A DNA stretch of 64,000 bases, from contig SMSO01000014.1 in the NCBI GenBank assembly GCA_004764695.1, forward strand, positions 7,398,265-7,462,264, in the 5' to 3' direction. The translations under genes and the position numbers were made by a program. This DNA is from Schizochytrium sp. TIO01 (Eukaryota > Protista > Bigyra: Labyrinthulomycetes). This document shows positions 1 through 10,188 of this stretch, piece after piece; positions within the stretch are counted from its first letter, which is position 1, and each line of letters starts with the position of its first letter. Below the pieces are notes generated by a model that did not search any database, had not been told where the DNA came from, and saw nothing but the letters and a program-made list of their open reading frames with translations.

Positions 1-1
1 T

Positions 2-457
2 GGCCTGCGCTTTGTGGTGAGCAATGTCGTGAAGGACTGGGAGAATTACCAGTGTGACGTGACAGTAACCTACGATGCTTCTTACTTGAAGCGTACCCTA
101 CCTCCTCAGATTACCAAGATTGCGACTGGAGTTTACAAGCACCAGAAGGGCAGTGATTTGTATGACGACAGCAAGGGTTCCGTAACGGATAACAGTTCCA
201 CTTTGCTCATTGTTACCTTCAAAAATCCCAATCCAGGCAGCACGCGCCCATTCATTTGCAATGCCAAGAGCTGCTTTACACAAGGAGGAATGGGCTTAGG
301 AGGGCCAAACAACCAGAAATGCATCTTGCTTGGAGGGACTTCACAGGATTTCTACTTCCAGGCAAAGAAAGGAACCTTGGCAGGCAAAGAAGACGTTGCT
401 GTTATTTGTCTAGGCGAGACCTATACTCGCAAAATCAAGTTCACGCACCACAAGTAA
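2..457 (+). CDS. Hypothetical protein, 3' part only (frame open to window edge)
   Basis: Open frame from position 2 to TAA at 457, protein-like composition, followed by an A-rich tract. Confidence 0.6.
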   Translation, partial: GLRFVVSNVVKDWENYQCDVTVTYDASYLKRTLPPQITKIATGVYKHQKGSDLYDDSKGSVTDNSSTLLIVTFKNPNPGSTRPFICNAKSCFTQGGMGLGGPNNQKCILLGGTSQDFYFQAKKGTLAGKEDVAVICLGETYTRKIKFTHHK

Positions 458-583
458 TCAAAGTGAGTCGAAGAAAAAGAAAAAGGGAAACATGATTTAG
501 ACATAAGCAATAAAACCAAAAAAAACCATTCATTCATTCATTCATTCTCCTTAACCACTGGATGGCCCTCTTGAACTGATTAT

Positions 584-1924
584 TTATCCTCTTCTGCTTC
601 GCGCATCTTTCCAGTGGGATTCTGTTTCGGTTGCTTTCCATTGGAGGTTCTCGTAGAACAGGTCTTGATCCTTCACAAACACGAAGGTGAAGAAATCGGT
701 GAAACCATCAACCCTTTTCTCGATTTTGGTACCCTCTTTCATGTAAAAGGCAACCGTTTCGCAATCAATGGGTTCAAACCCAGTGATTTTGACCCAAGTT
801 CTCACTCGACTTTCCCCAGTACGGTCAGTAGCAGTAACGTTCTCATTGGGACTGTAGTCGTGCGCAGGCTCGATCATGATCTGAGGAAACCTATCTTTGC
901 CATACCCGTACTGGTTACGTCGACCGTCGAACATGCGATGTATCGCCGCCGACAAGGCTAAGCGATTATTGTCGTCGTCCTGGACGCCCGCAGCATCCAC
1001 AGCCGTCTTGTGAACTAGGTGTGCACAATCCGCCACCCCCTTTCGAAGAAAGAATGGGGCCTCAATCGACTGGAACATGGCTAAGTCCGAATCAGGTTCC
1101 ACAGTGGTGTACACTGTGCTATCGCTGTCACCACAACGCGCAGAGCCTGGCTCATCATCCGAACGATAGTCCGTGCTGTAAATGTTCTGGGTATTGTTGA
1201 CATAAACGACTTCAGGGTAAGAGAGATCAATGTTGTCATTATTGTATCCGAGATTATTCGACAAGATCTCGTTGCAAAACATAGCAGCATCTCGAGAGCT
1301 AGAGAAGATAATCTCGAAGGTCAAGTCCATGGGTGGGTTGTCTCCTTCGTAACGAATAGCTCTTCTATGCGATGGAACGTCCGTATCTTCGATTACCTCC
1401 GCAGACCCAGCGTTGTTGGCTGCCGTAAAGTACACGAAGCGACGCAGGCCTTTGGCATTCTTACTATCTTTGAGGGTACCACAAACCTTATAACACTTGT
1501 TTTCGATCTTTCTCGACCTTACCTCGGACACGACACCCCGCTGCGCCCCCCTTTCACTTACACTGCTACCTTTTTCGTAGCGCAGTGCGTCCATGTTCCG
1601 ACTAAGCCTATCGCGCTTCTGTTCAAGGGAATCGTAATACGCCGTTGCCGACCCATATTTTTTCTTTAGGAAAGCACTGAGGTCGTCGAAGGAAGCCCCG
1701 TCCGTTTCTTCCAAACGCTCTATCTTGGCCTCTACGTCAGCGATACGTGCCTCGATGCTCTCGATCTTTTCTTCAAGCCGATGTACATCTTGATCCAATG
1801 CCTCTAGTTTAGCCAACTCGAGGGCTTCGTCCCCTTCCTCAACTGTTGACAATCGTTTGCGGTCATCGCCGCCCCCGCCACCGCCGCGGGTTTGGTTTCC
1901 TTTACGACGGATGAAGGAAGCCAT
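584..1924 (-). CDS. Crinkler-like protein: coiled coil + central domain + C-terminal HNH-type endonuclease
   Basis: QSIE...CAHLVHK...DDDNNRLALSAAIHRMFDG matches the AH..NN.L.L...H..FD HNH signature seen in CRN-family proteins; paralog of 22804-24135; first ATG at 1924. Confidence 0.72.
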   Translation of the reverse strand: MASFIRRKGNQTRGGGGGGDDRKRLSTVEEGDEALELAKLEALDQDVHRLEEKIESIEARIADVEAKIERLEETDGASFDDLSAFLKKKYGSATAYYDSLEQKRDRLSRNMDALRYEKGSSVSERGAQRGVVSEVRSRKIENKCYKVCGTLKDSKNAKGLRRFVYFTAANNAGSAEVIEDTDVPSHRRAIRYEGDNPPMDLTFEIIFSSSRDAAMFCNEILSNNLGYNNDNIDLSYPEVVYVNNTQNIYSTDYRSDDEPGSARCGDSDSTVYTTVEPDSDLAMFQSIEAPFFLRKGVADCAHLVHKTAVDAAGVQDDDNNRLALSAAIHRMFDGRRNQYGYGKDRFPQIMIEPAHDYSPNENVTATDRTGESRVRTWVKITGFEPIDCETVAFYMKEGTKIEKRVDGFTDFFTFVFVKDQDLFYENLQWKATETESHWKDARSRRG

Positions 1925-2276
1925 TTTCTTTCGCTCGGATGGACTGTTGCTCTGCTGCACCTGCTGCACTTGCTTCAAGTCACGCCGGCCTGGTGATACG
2001 GAACTGCCTGAGTCGGGTGCACGGCAGCGATTCTACATTCATTAGGTTAGATAGAAGGGTAGAGCTTAGGTTAGATTAGGTGAAGTGTAGAGCTTAGGTA
2101 AAACAGACTTAAAACTGAGTGCAGCCCTGGCGTAGAAATAGCGGCGGCACAAGACGCACGGTACTGCACAGGCGCAAAGCTGGTTCTGCCCGCCCGGTCC
2201 CTCGCCCTTGCATCCGCCCGTCGGTTGTCTCTCCATCTCTGTGTTACGAAGAGAAGAGAGGAAAAGAGAGGGGAAG

Positions 2277-2362
2277 ATGGAGGATCAATCATTCACAGCC
2301 CAGAATCACGCAGTCGGTCCTAGCTTTTCTCCGCAGCCGCTCTCACCTCGACAAAGAAGAAG

Positions 2363-2397
<35 letters not shown>

Positions 2398-3590
2398 GCG
2401 CAGACTCAGCGGCGGCGGTCCCACTTTGGGAGCTAAGGCAGAGATATCACGACGATGACAGGGAGATACTCAAAGAGTTGTTAGAGAAGTTCAATCGAAA
2501 AACCACCCCCAAAGGAACCTCGCCTTCAAAGAAAACACCCTGGGAGCGCGTGGAATATTTCGTCATCCTGTTAGGCGACCCGCGCTTCATTGATCTTTTC
2601 AAACGCCTTAAGCGAGAGGAGTTGAAGAACTCAACGGGAGGCCGTAATCGGTGCTATGATAGCTTTTCAAAGTTGTTGAACCGAAGCAGCTTTTCTAAAT
2701 CGCAGAAAGCTCGCAGCGAGCAGCGCGCTTCAGCGCTTTCGTACAAACCGAAGCCCTTTACCAAGGAAGAAGAGAGTGCTCTGTTGTCGATTATGCGAGA
2801 AGAGGTGCCGCGTAATGCAGAGCGGTATTATATACAAAGAAGCCAAGATCGCTGTATTGCTTGGACAGAGGTTTCAAAGCGCTTCGATGAGATCACAGGC
2901 AGCTGCGATCGACCCGAGAGTTCACTCCAAACCAAGTGGAATACTGCACTGCGATGGAAATTTAGCGAAGACCTGAAATTGGGGGAGCTTGTACGCAAGC
3001 ACACCAAAGCAAGCGAAGGCCAGGCCTACAGAAATTACATAATTCTTTCTGAAGTGGATTGGGGCAAAGTTCTTAGAGATTTTAAGGATGATTCATTGAA
3101 TCCTACAATTGTCAAAAGGCGCGCTGTTCGCCTTGGTTTGGTGCGTAAGAAGGAGGCAAGTAAAAGTCTGGGCAGGCCCCGCGTGCGACCGAAGCCTGTT
3201 GCGATTTATTCTGATCGCCTGAGTGCCTCGGGATTGAGCGACATTCGCCTGAAGAATCGTTATTCGAAGGTGGAGTACGCAAGGATCTTTGAGGGCAATG
3301 CATACAGTTTCATTTTCGACTTGCATTCCCGTCAGGATTCAACGAACCCTTGTTACGACATGCTAGCGCCTGTGTTCACGCTTTTCAAGACTGAATTAGA
3401 GCCTAAGAGGGAACCGATAGATCCGCAAGACACTGCATTTCTTGTCACTCTTCATTTAAGTGAATGGAAGGCTGTAAAAGTTTGCCTGGAGAACTATGTT
3501 TTCAAAGCGGAGCGCTATAGAAAGCTCTTTAAACGATGCCTCATTAATTGGCTCTTTCCTGGTTCAAGGCCGCCTTTGCAAATGGATTAA
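2277..3590 (+). CDS. Myb/SANT-like (trihelix) DNA-binding protein
   Basis: FTKEEESALL...AWTEVSKRF...RPESSLQTKWN pattern, with a second degenerate repeat (EDLKLGELV...VDWGKV); ATG at 2277. Confidence 0.6.
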
Positions 3591-4280
3591 TTGTATAATC
3601 GATTGATAGTTTTTTTTGTTTTTCTTGCTGTTCTTGATTAAAACAAATGAACTTTATATACAAACAAAGGGTTTTTTAATAGACCCCTTTCATTCTGAAC
3701 GAAAGAAAGAAAGAACTAAGAGAATGTGAATGAAAGAAAGAACTAAAAGAATGTGAATGAAAGATCTTAAGAGGTCTATTATTTTTTTGCAACCGCCGTT
3801 TTGGGATTCTCGCACGAAGCGAACGCGACAAAGCAAAACCGCAATCAACCAAGGAAAGATCTGGAGCAGCACTTCGGTTCGCAAGCGCGCGCAAGAGCAG
3901 GGTAAGAGGAACGTCTTCGGTGCAGCAGCAGCAGTGAGCGTTAAGCATGACTGGGTTGGACTCAACTAAGCGCGGCGGCCAAGCCAGTGCGGAGTACGAG
4001 GAAGCGAAGGAGGAGGAGGAGGAGGAAGAGGCCATGTCTCATCACTCGTTCACTTCAACAGACGAAGAAGACTCTGCAAATCTCCACCATTGACGTCTTA
4101 TCAGTGATCAGGATCAGAGGGAAACAAGAACTGGGAATGGTAGGGAAAGGGGGATTCAAGGAAAGGGACAATTCTCGTTTCGAAAAAGAAAGTGCCCTCG
4201 AAAACAATAAAGTTGAGAGAAAGAAAATTTGCGGTCGGCCATCTTAGATGTCACGTCTGAAAAGTTTTACTTTTGTCATT

Positions 4281-4488
4281 TCATTTCTTTCGAGGTAAAA
4301 GATTTTGATCTCTCTTCCTTAAAAGGTTTTGAGGTGTGCAAATGAAAAGATCACTTTCTGATTTTTGTAAAAGCTGAAAGGGGAAAGTTCATTTCTTTCA
4401 AGGTAAAAAAATTACACTTAAAAGATTTTTGAGGTACGCAAAACGGAAAGATCGCTTTCAGGTTCTGGTAAAGCTGAAAGGGGGAAAG
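4281..4488. repeat. Imperfect ~105-bp tandem duplication in an intergenic gap
   Basis: TCATTTCTTTC.AGGTAAAA...TTTTGAGGT..GCAAA...AAAGATC.CTTTC...TAAAGCTGAAAGGGG occurs twice in tandem. Confidence 0.7.
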
Positions 4489-4717
4489 GACAATCACGTT
4501 TGCTCAACCAAAACGAGTGTCCCTCTCAAATTGAAGCACGCGTAATCGACATGTTTGGATTTCTATCGATCGAGCGCGTTGCGTTTTATTCCTGAGATCT
4601 GTCGGTCTGGCTAGATCTAGGATGTGTAATCCCCTGGTTGAGTGAAAAGTGGGTGTTTCGTTGCAGGCAAATCCGGAATTCTGTCAGCACGTGCAGAGTT
4701 TAAGAAGATAAACAAGG

Positions 4718-7312
4718 ATGGCTCTGCACCCCGAGAAGCCGTCGAATCTCGTACGGAGACCTTCAACGAGGTCTATTGTTGGTGTTTTTGAGAGAGTGTT
4801 GACTGTTTCTCGGAATTTGCAAGAGAAAACTGGTGAATTGGCTTCGAAATTGAAGGTTCTTGAGGCCCGTGTGCACGAAATTCGACCTTCCATTAATCCT
4901 TCCTTGGCCCTGGCCATTGATGCTGCAGTGAGAGGAGACGAAAAAGCACAGAAAATTGTACGAGAGAGTGAATCCAAAGTTCCTCTGTGTCAGAAAAGGG
5001 CGGTCGCGGCGTATACAGCGGCAAGCCACTCTCTCTTTCGTGTCCTTGCAGACACTGCAGCACTGGAGGAAACAAAGACAGAGTGTGCACTCTTAGTCTC
5101 TCAGGCACTCTCCCTTTTTCAAGTTGTTGAAGGTAAGCAAAACCCGAACACGATTGATAGGCCGTCCATTAGTGAAATCGTTAAGAGTGTGAAAGGGCTT
5201 GAAACGAGGCAAGAAGAAGAAGAAGAAGAAGAAGAAGAAGAAGAAGAAAAGGAGAAAGCAATGCCCTTTCCTCGTCTCTCAAGAAAGAAAGCCAAGCACG
5301 GCTTGTCTGCGCCCCTTCACGCGAAAGGGGACGGGACCACTCGGGATCAACGTGTTGGAAAGGCGGGAGGCGGAGACGGAATGGCGAGCAACCGACTTAG
5401 CATGAACAGTCGCTCGTCGCAGCGAACTGACAACGCGGGGATGCTTAACCGACTTGCCCTCTATCATGACCGTCTAAAAACTGAACAAGCTAGACTTGAG
5501 AAACTTGAAGATGAATTCCGAGAGCTGAAAAGGGAGCTACCTGACGGTGCTGCTCTTCTCCTTGATGATGTTTTAAATGGGGACGTTACGTTTACGAATG
5601 CAAGAAAAGACGTGAAGGAAAATACGAATTTAGAGGATCAAGAAAAGGCTTCTTTTCTTGGAGCTCTGCGCATAGCTTCTGATATGAAGGAAGCCCGGCT
5701 AGAAATCAAGGAGACAAAAGGAAAGATTAGAGAATTTGAGTCTGGAGGCGGTGAAGAAGGAGACAGCAATTGGCACTTCTCCGGATCAGTTTGGGAAGCC
5801 CTTGGGTGCGCTTTACCTGAAATTACTCACGATCCTTCTTTACCCGTATCAAACACGAATATCTCAAATACGGATAACTATCCTTTTGCCCCGAAGACTG
5901 TCCAGGGGATTGACTGGGATAATTTCATGGCATACTGCGCAGATAAAGGACATTTGGAAAAACTTCAGCAAGAATCAACTAATGAAAGTGTTGGTGATTT
6001 ACTTGAGAGGTCAATGCGCTCTCTTTATATAAAGTCTGAGAGTTCCGTTGGACTTTGTTTTTCACAAGTTTTCCAAGCAGTCATCTCTACTCTAGACTTC
6101 ATTCCAAAAAACCTCCGCTACACGTCTGACAAGTCCTCGACGGGTGGTCTTCGACCAGATTTTATTATTGGTACCGTCAGAGATGGGGTTACAGTACCTA
6201 TAAATCCCTTGCTTGTGGGTGAACTGAAGAGTTACAGTTCAGATTCTGAACCATTTTATTTCCGTTGGTGTGAAAGGGATGGACATGACCCTGAACGATG
6301 CCCTAATCGTGCTCATTCTGAGAGGCACACGAATGTGTCCCCAATTAGACAGTTGTATAACTACATGGTCGACTCTGGCAAGTTTGTTGGTGTTTACTCC
6401 CACTATGGCTGTACTGCGGCATTCTTCCGTGACTGTAAAGGCACTCTTGTTACAACACCGATGCTCCCTGACGACTCTGCTCCAATGAGCGTGCCACAGT
6501 TGCTCGCCTTGGTTATCATGATTGCCATGTCTGAGGAGGTGCCGGAATTTTACGACGGTAAAAGGCCCATTTTGGTGCCATGCGAAGGTACAAGAAGTTG
6601 CAAAGGTGTCAATCATCACCATACCAGTCTACCTGATGACTGTAAGTGGGCAGAGGACGATCTCAAGCGTAGCGCTAAACCTAGAACAGGAGCCACTGCA
6701 ACGAGAAGGGCGGCGAACAAGTCCCTTTACAAAAAGCATGACACTCCCATCACCTGGGGTGATCTCTACAACTGCAAGTACATTTCTGACTGCTACACAG
6801 GTAACGCAGTTGAGTGTGAGATCATGGGCGAGCGAGCAGTGGTTAAATACAACGATTTCGGCGATCACGAAGATGCTGATGAGCGTCTTGACCAGATTGA
6901 TTTTGAAGCTGAAGTCTACGCAAACTTGTCTGACTTGCAGGGGGATTGTATTCCCAAATACCTGGGCCATGGCTCCATTACCGATACTGATGGATCCCAG
7001 TATGGTTTTGCTACCTCTTATGCAGGCGAGTCACTCTCGTATGAATCTCTTGATTCTCTCACTGAAGAGTTCAAGACAAGCGTCAAGGATGCCCTAGACA
7101 AGATACACGCGCGTGGTGTTTTACATGGCGACCTGAGACTTCCGAACATCCTGAAGTCGAAGGACGATCCCGAGAAGGCAGTTTTTATCGACTTCAGTCA
7201 TTCAGGGATCTATGACGACCCTGATGATCAGTTCTTTCAAGACCACGCAAGGCTTGAGAAGGAGAACCTCGTCAAGCTCTTGAAAGGCGAAAAAATCAAA
7301 CAAGTTTTTTGA
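4718..7312 (+). CDS. Crinkler/FunK1-like protein: coiled coil + PD-(D/E)XK nuclease-like domain + protein kinase domain
   Basis: RPDF...VGELK...IRQLYNYM nuclease-like motifs; kinase motifs AVVKY, HGDLRLPNIL, FIDF. The true start may be ATG 5261 after a (GAA)n tract. Confidence 0.75.
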   Translation: MALHPEKPSNLVRRPSTRSIVGVFERVLTVSRNLQEKTGELASKLKVLEARVHEIRPSINPSLALAIDAAVRGDEKAQKIVRESESKVPLCQKRAVAAYTAASHSLFRVLADTAALEETKTECALLVSQALSLFQVVEGKQNPNTIDRPSISEIVKSVKGLETRQEEEEEEEEEEEEKEKAMPFPRLSRKKAKHGLSAPLHAKGDGTTRDQRVGKAGGGDGMASNRLSMNSRSSQRTDNAGMLNRLALYHDRLKTEQARLEKLEDEFRELKRELPDGAALLLDDVLNGDVTFTNARKDVKENTNLEDQEKASFLGALRIASDMKEARLEIKETKGKIREFESGGGEEGDSNWHFSGSVWEALGCALPEITHDPSLPVSNTNISNTDNYPFAPKTVQGIDWDNFMAYCADKGHLEKLQQESTNESVGDLLERSMRSLYIKSESSVGLCFSQVFQAVISTLDFIPKNLRYTSDKSSTGGLRPDFIIGTVRDGVTVPINPLLVGELKSYSSDSEPFYFRWCERDGHDPERCPNRAHSERHTNVSPIRQLYNYMVDSGKFVGVYSHYGCTAAFFRDCKGTLVTTPMLPDDSAPMSVPQLLALVIMIAMSEEVPEFYDGKRPILVPCEGTRSCKGVNHHHTSLPDDCKWAEDDLKRSAKPRTGATATRRAANKSLYKKHDTPITWGDLYNCKYISDCYTGNAVECEIMGERAVVKYNDFGDHEDADERLDQIDFEAEVYANLSDLQGDCIPKYLGHGSITDTDGSQYGFATSYAGESLSYESLDSLTEEFKTSVKDALDKIHARGVLHGDLRLPNILKSKDDPEKAVFIDFSHSGIYDDPDDQFFQDHARLEKENLVKLLKGEKIKQVF

Positions 7313-7418
7313 ACACTCACAAGTTAATAACCCCTAACTCATGAAAAGAAGAAGAAGAAGAAGAAATAATCAATGTTTGTTTTGTTTCCAATCCATTTTA
7401 TAATAAAATGCTACTTAG

Positions 7419-8168
7419 TTAGGTTACGGAGAGGATCTCTCGCAAGTGATTTTCCACTGCAGAACTTGTGTACTCACTGAACCGCCGCTTGTCTTTGGAT
7501 TGATGGCAAGTTTCGAACAATGCCAACGGATCCACTGTTGTTGCTGCTGATGCTGCTGCTGCTGTTACTTTAGTCGCTTCGGCGTAGTCTTGGGAGGGTC
7601 CAAGCAATGGAATTGGGCCCGGGACAAAGGAGTTAAGTAGCCACGAAAAGAGCACACGAGCGGTCCTTCCATTGCCAAATGCAAAGGGTTTGAGAAACAG
7701 GAACTTTGCTATAAATTCTGTCGCAACGTGCAAAGCATCTTGCAATGCGGCGGCTTCTATATCTTTTACATCTTGCTTTCCTGTGATCGAGAAAGGTGTG
7801 GTTTGGTATTTTATAATGTGATTCCTCAGTGCACGATCAAGAAGCCCAGGGGTTGGATGAACAAGAGGAATTCTCGTCAAATCACAGGTAATTTGGTGAC
7901 GCCTGAATGAGAATGCGGATGCACTTCGCAATTTGCTGCTGCTGTGGGGCTGGCCGAGGATGATTGCGTTAAGTTTGCAGAGAAACGAAAAGGAAAGGCC
8001 GCCATCATAATGCATTGCGAACTTGTAAGCTTCAACGAGGTTGGTTCTGTTTTTTTCTTCGGTTTCCAGGGCTACTCGCTGTAAAAACCAAGTTATCAAG
8101 GGGCCGTTTTGCAGTTCGCAGCGACTCCTTGCTTCTCGCGCTAGTTCACTCAAGTCAAGGCCGGTCAT
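7419..8168 (-). CDS. Fic/Fido-domain protein with variant active site
   Basis: KPFAFGNGRTAR versus the consensus HPFx(D/E)GNGRxxR; upstream LCKLNAIIL...LR segment typical of the Fido fold. Confidence 0.8.
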   Translation of the reverse strand: MTGLDLSELAREARSRCELQNGPLITWFLQRVALETEEKNRTNLVEAYKFAMHYDGGLSFSFLCKLNAIILGQPHSSSKLRSASAFSFRRHQITCDLTRIPLVHPTPGLLDRALRNHIIKYQTTPFSITGKQDVKDIEAAALQDALHVATEFIAKFLFLKPFAFGNGRTARVLFSWLLNSFVPGPIPLLGPSQDYAEATKVTAAAASAATTVDPLALFETCHQSKDKRRFSEYTSSAVENHLREILSVT

Positions 8169-8340
8169 TTTTCTGTTGTTGTTTTGTTTTGTTTTTGTCG
8201 ATTTTGCTTGGTTGACGAAAGAAGTGCAGAGATATTTAAATTTATTCGTTATTCTTCTTGATTTGACTATTTTTTAATGAATAAAAGCGCGTTGGTTTTT
8301 TTTTATTTTTATTTCTTTTGCTTCCTTGTTATATATTAAA

Positions 8341-8781
8341 TTAAACCCAAGGTTCCATTCGTTCTCTGGAGAGCCGCACGTCAAAAATGACACCATCGTT
8401 CGCACCGGTAATCAAGGTGCTAGAGAGTGTGACATCAAAGAGATAATTGCCGTAAGAAATGTCCTGCTTTTGGATGTCTCCTAGACAGTCAATGTCTAAC
8501 TCAGGGAGGCAAATTTCGCCTAGAAAGCCGCGCAGCCGGGCTGGTGCAATGTAAACCCTATCCCCGTCTTCTTCAATTAAGGCAAGATCAGACTCTTCGA
8601 GAGGGAGCACCTCGTGCGCAGCAGGGGAAACGCACATGGCCACTTTGGCATTATCATACTTGTACGCAAATAGAACGACCGTCTCACTAAGCAACTCAAG
8701 AGAGTATTCAATGTTGTCCTGATGAAATCCAACATCTTCTTCCTTTTCGTAATCCACGTAGAAATTCGGTAGCCAAGCCAT
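8341..8781 (-). CDS. Hypothetical acidic protein
   Basis: Globular-looking ORF; ATG at 8781 (alternative ATG at 8880); no family recognised. Confidence 0.55.
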   Translation of the reverse strand: MAWLPNFYVDYEKEEDVGFHQDNIEYSLELLSETVVLFAYKYDNAKVAMCVSPAAHEVLPLEESDLALIEEDGDRVYIAPARLRGFLGEICLPELDIDCLGDIQKQDISYGNYLFDVTLSSTLITGANDGVIFDVRLSRERMEPWV

Positions 8782-9164
8782 TTGTTTTCTGGGTCTGGTA
8801 CGTTTGTTTTCTTCTTCTTGTTTTGGTTCTACGTTTCTCTTGGGTTTGGGCCGGTTCTGCAGTGGATTGCTTGGAAACATGGCAACAATAAACGCGCACG
8901 CCCAACGCAAAAGGAATAAATCAGAACAAATTTGGGTTTTGCCTGATCATTTTACAATTTTGTCCTATGGCTTACTACAATCAAAATTATCCTAGTGTAA
9001 ACCCTATCAACCTCATTAGTAAGAATATGTACTTCCAGGAGTCCCACCTGCTTGAACCATTCTCGACGCCACAACTATATAATGCTACTGGACTGTTACC
9101 TTTGATTCATCGACTAAGTTGTCTCCTACTATAAACTCTAGTATGAAAAATAACTCGAGTGGTG

Positions 9165-9360
9165 TGTTCAGAACAGTTAGGGAACAGTCGAATCGACAGG
9201 TCGAATCGGTCGATTGAGTCGATTCGACTCAATCGACTGGTCGAATCGGTCGTTCTCTATAATGGAACGATATAGAACACATCAGAATTCAATCCAAAGG
9301 GTCAAAAAGTCGAGTCAAACAGACCAAAAAAACCATGGCAACGCCATTTAGGGAACGACA
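9165..9360. promoter_or_regulatory. Palindrome/iteron cluster, candidate replication origin
   Basis: Perfect 14-bp-arm inverted repeat GTCGATTGAGTCGA-T-TCGACTCAATCGAC (9209-9237); direct repeat GGTCGAATCGGTCG at 9199 and 9239; GTCGAATCG at 9187; TTAGGGAAC twice; lies in a noncoding gap between divergent genes. Confidence 0.45.
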
Positions 9361-9499
9361 GACCAATGCGAATGTGGGTACTCGCCTTTTAAAAATGTAT
9401 CACTTTTAAAAATAACAGAAAGTAAGAACAAGTCTATTCATTCATTCATTCATTCATTCATTCTTTCTTTTCTTTCTTTCTTTCTTTCTTTCTTTCATC

Positions 9500-9985
9500 A
9501 TGACTAGCACCCAGGTAGCTACTACAACTACATCCAGCATCCAAGACAGAACGAGCACAATTACCGAGCTCCAGCGCCTCGGCGCGCTCGCGCGCTCAAT
9601 TGAAGGGACAGAAGGAGCCTCGGACGGCACTTTGCAAAGCAACACAGACCGCCTCGGCACGCTCTGGCTGGGCGCAGCGGACTTACTTTTTCGTTACCCA
9701 GTCAGTCTCTCTTCAATCCAGTCATCTAGCATGCTTAGTGCACACCTTGGAAGTGACCGAGATAGCTTGGTTGTGTGGGCAAGTGCGCCTGACGCTTCCG
9801 TGACTGTGGATGAATACGAAGCAGAACTTCGTGCGATACAGAAAACTGTGGGCGAGACCAGGCGGGACCGCGTGCCCTCCATTGTATCAATCGTCTCTCT
9901 GGTTGCTGTGGTCGCAGGTTTACTTGCTGCTTTCCTGATGCTTCAAAGGGAGTTACCTCGTTTGCGCTGGACTGCTTTCTTTTAG
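9500..9985 (+). CDS. Hypothetical protein with C-terminal transmembrane helix
   Basis: ATG-initiated 161 aa; hydrophobic IVSIVSLVAVVAGLLAAFLML. Confidence 0.65.
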   Translation: MTSTQVATTTTSSIQDRTSTITELQRLGALARSIEGTEGASDGTLQSNTDRLGTLWLGAADLLFRYPVSLSSIQSSSMLSAHLGSDRDSLVVWASAPDASVTVDEYEAELRAIQKTVGETRRDRVPSIVSIVSLVAVVAGLLAAFLMLQRELPRLRWTAFF

Positions 9986-10188
9986 GCATAATTCTTTCTG
10001 GAAACAAAAACAAAAACAAAAACAAAACAAAAACAATTTAGTTATTGTCGTAGGTTTGAATCGTCACCCTTTCAGGGGAGAAAGGCGAGTTTAGGTTGAA
10101 TCTTTTTTTCTTCCTTCTTCTTTCATTAAGTAACCTAGCTAAGTCGCATTGGAAATGAATGAATGAGTGGGGTGGGTGGGAGATTCAC

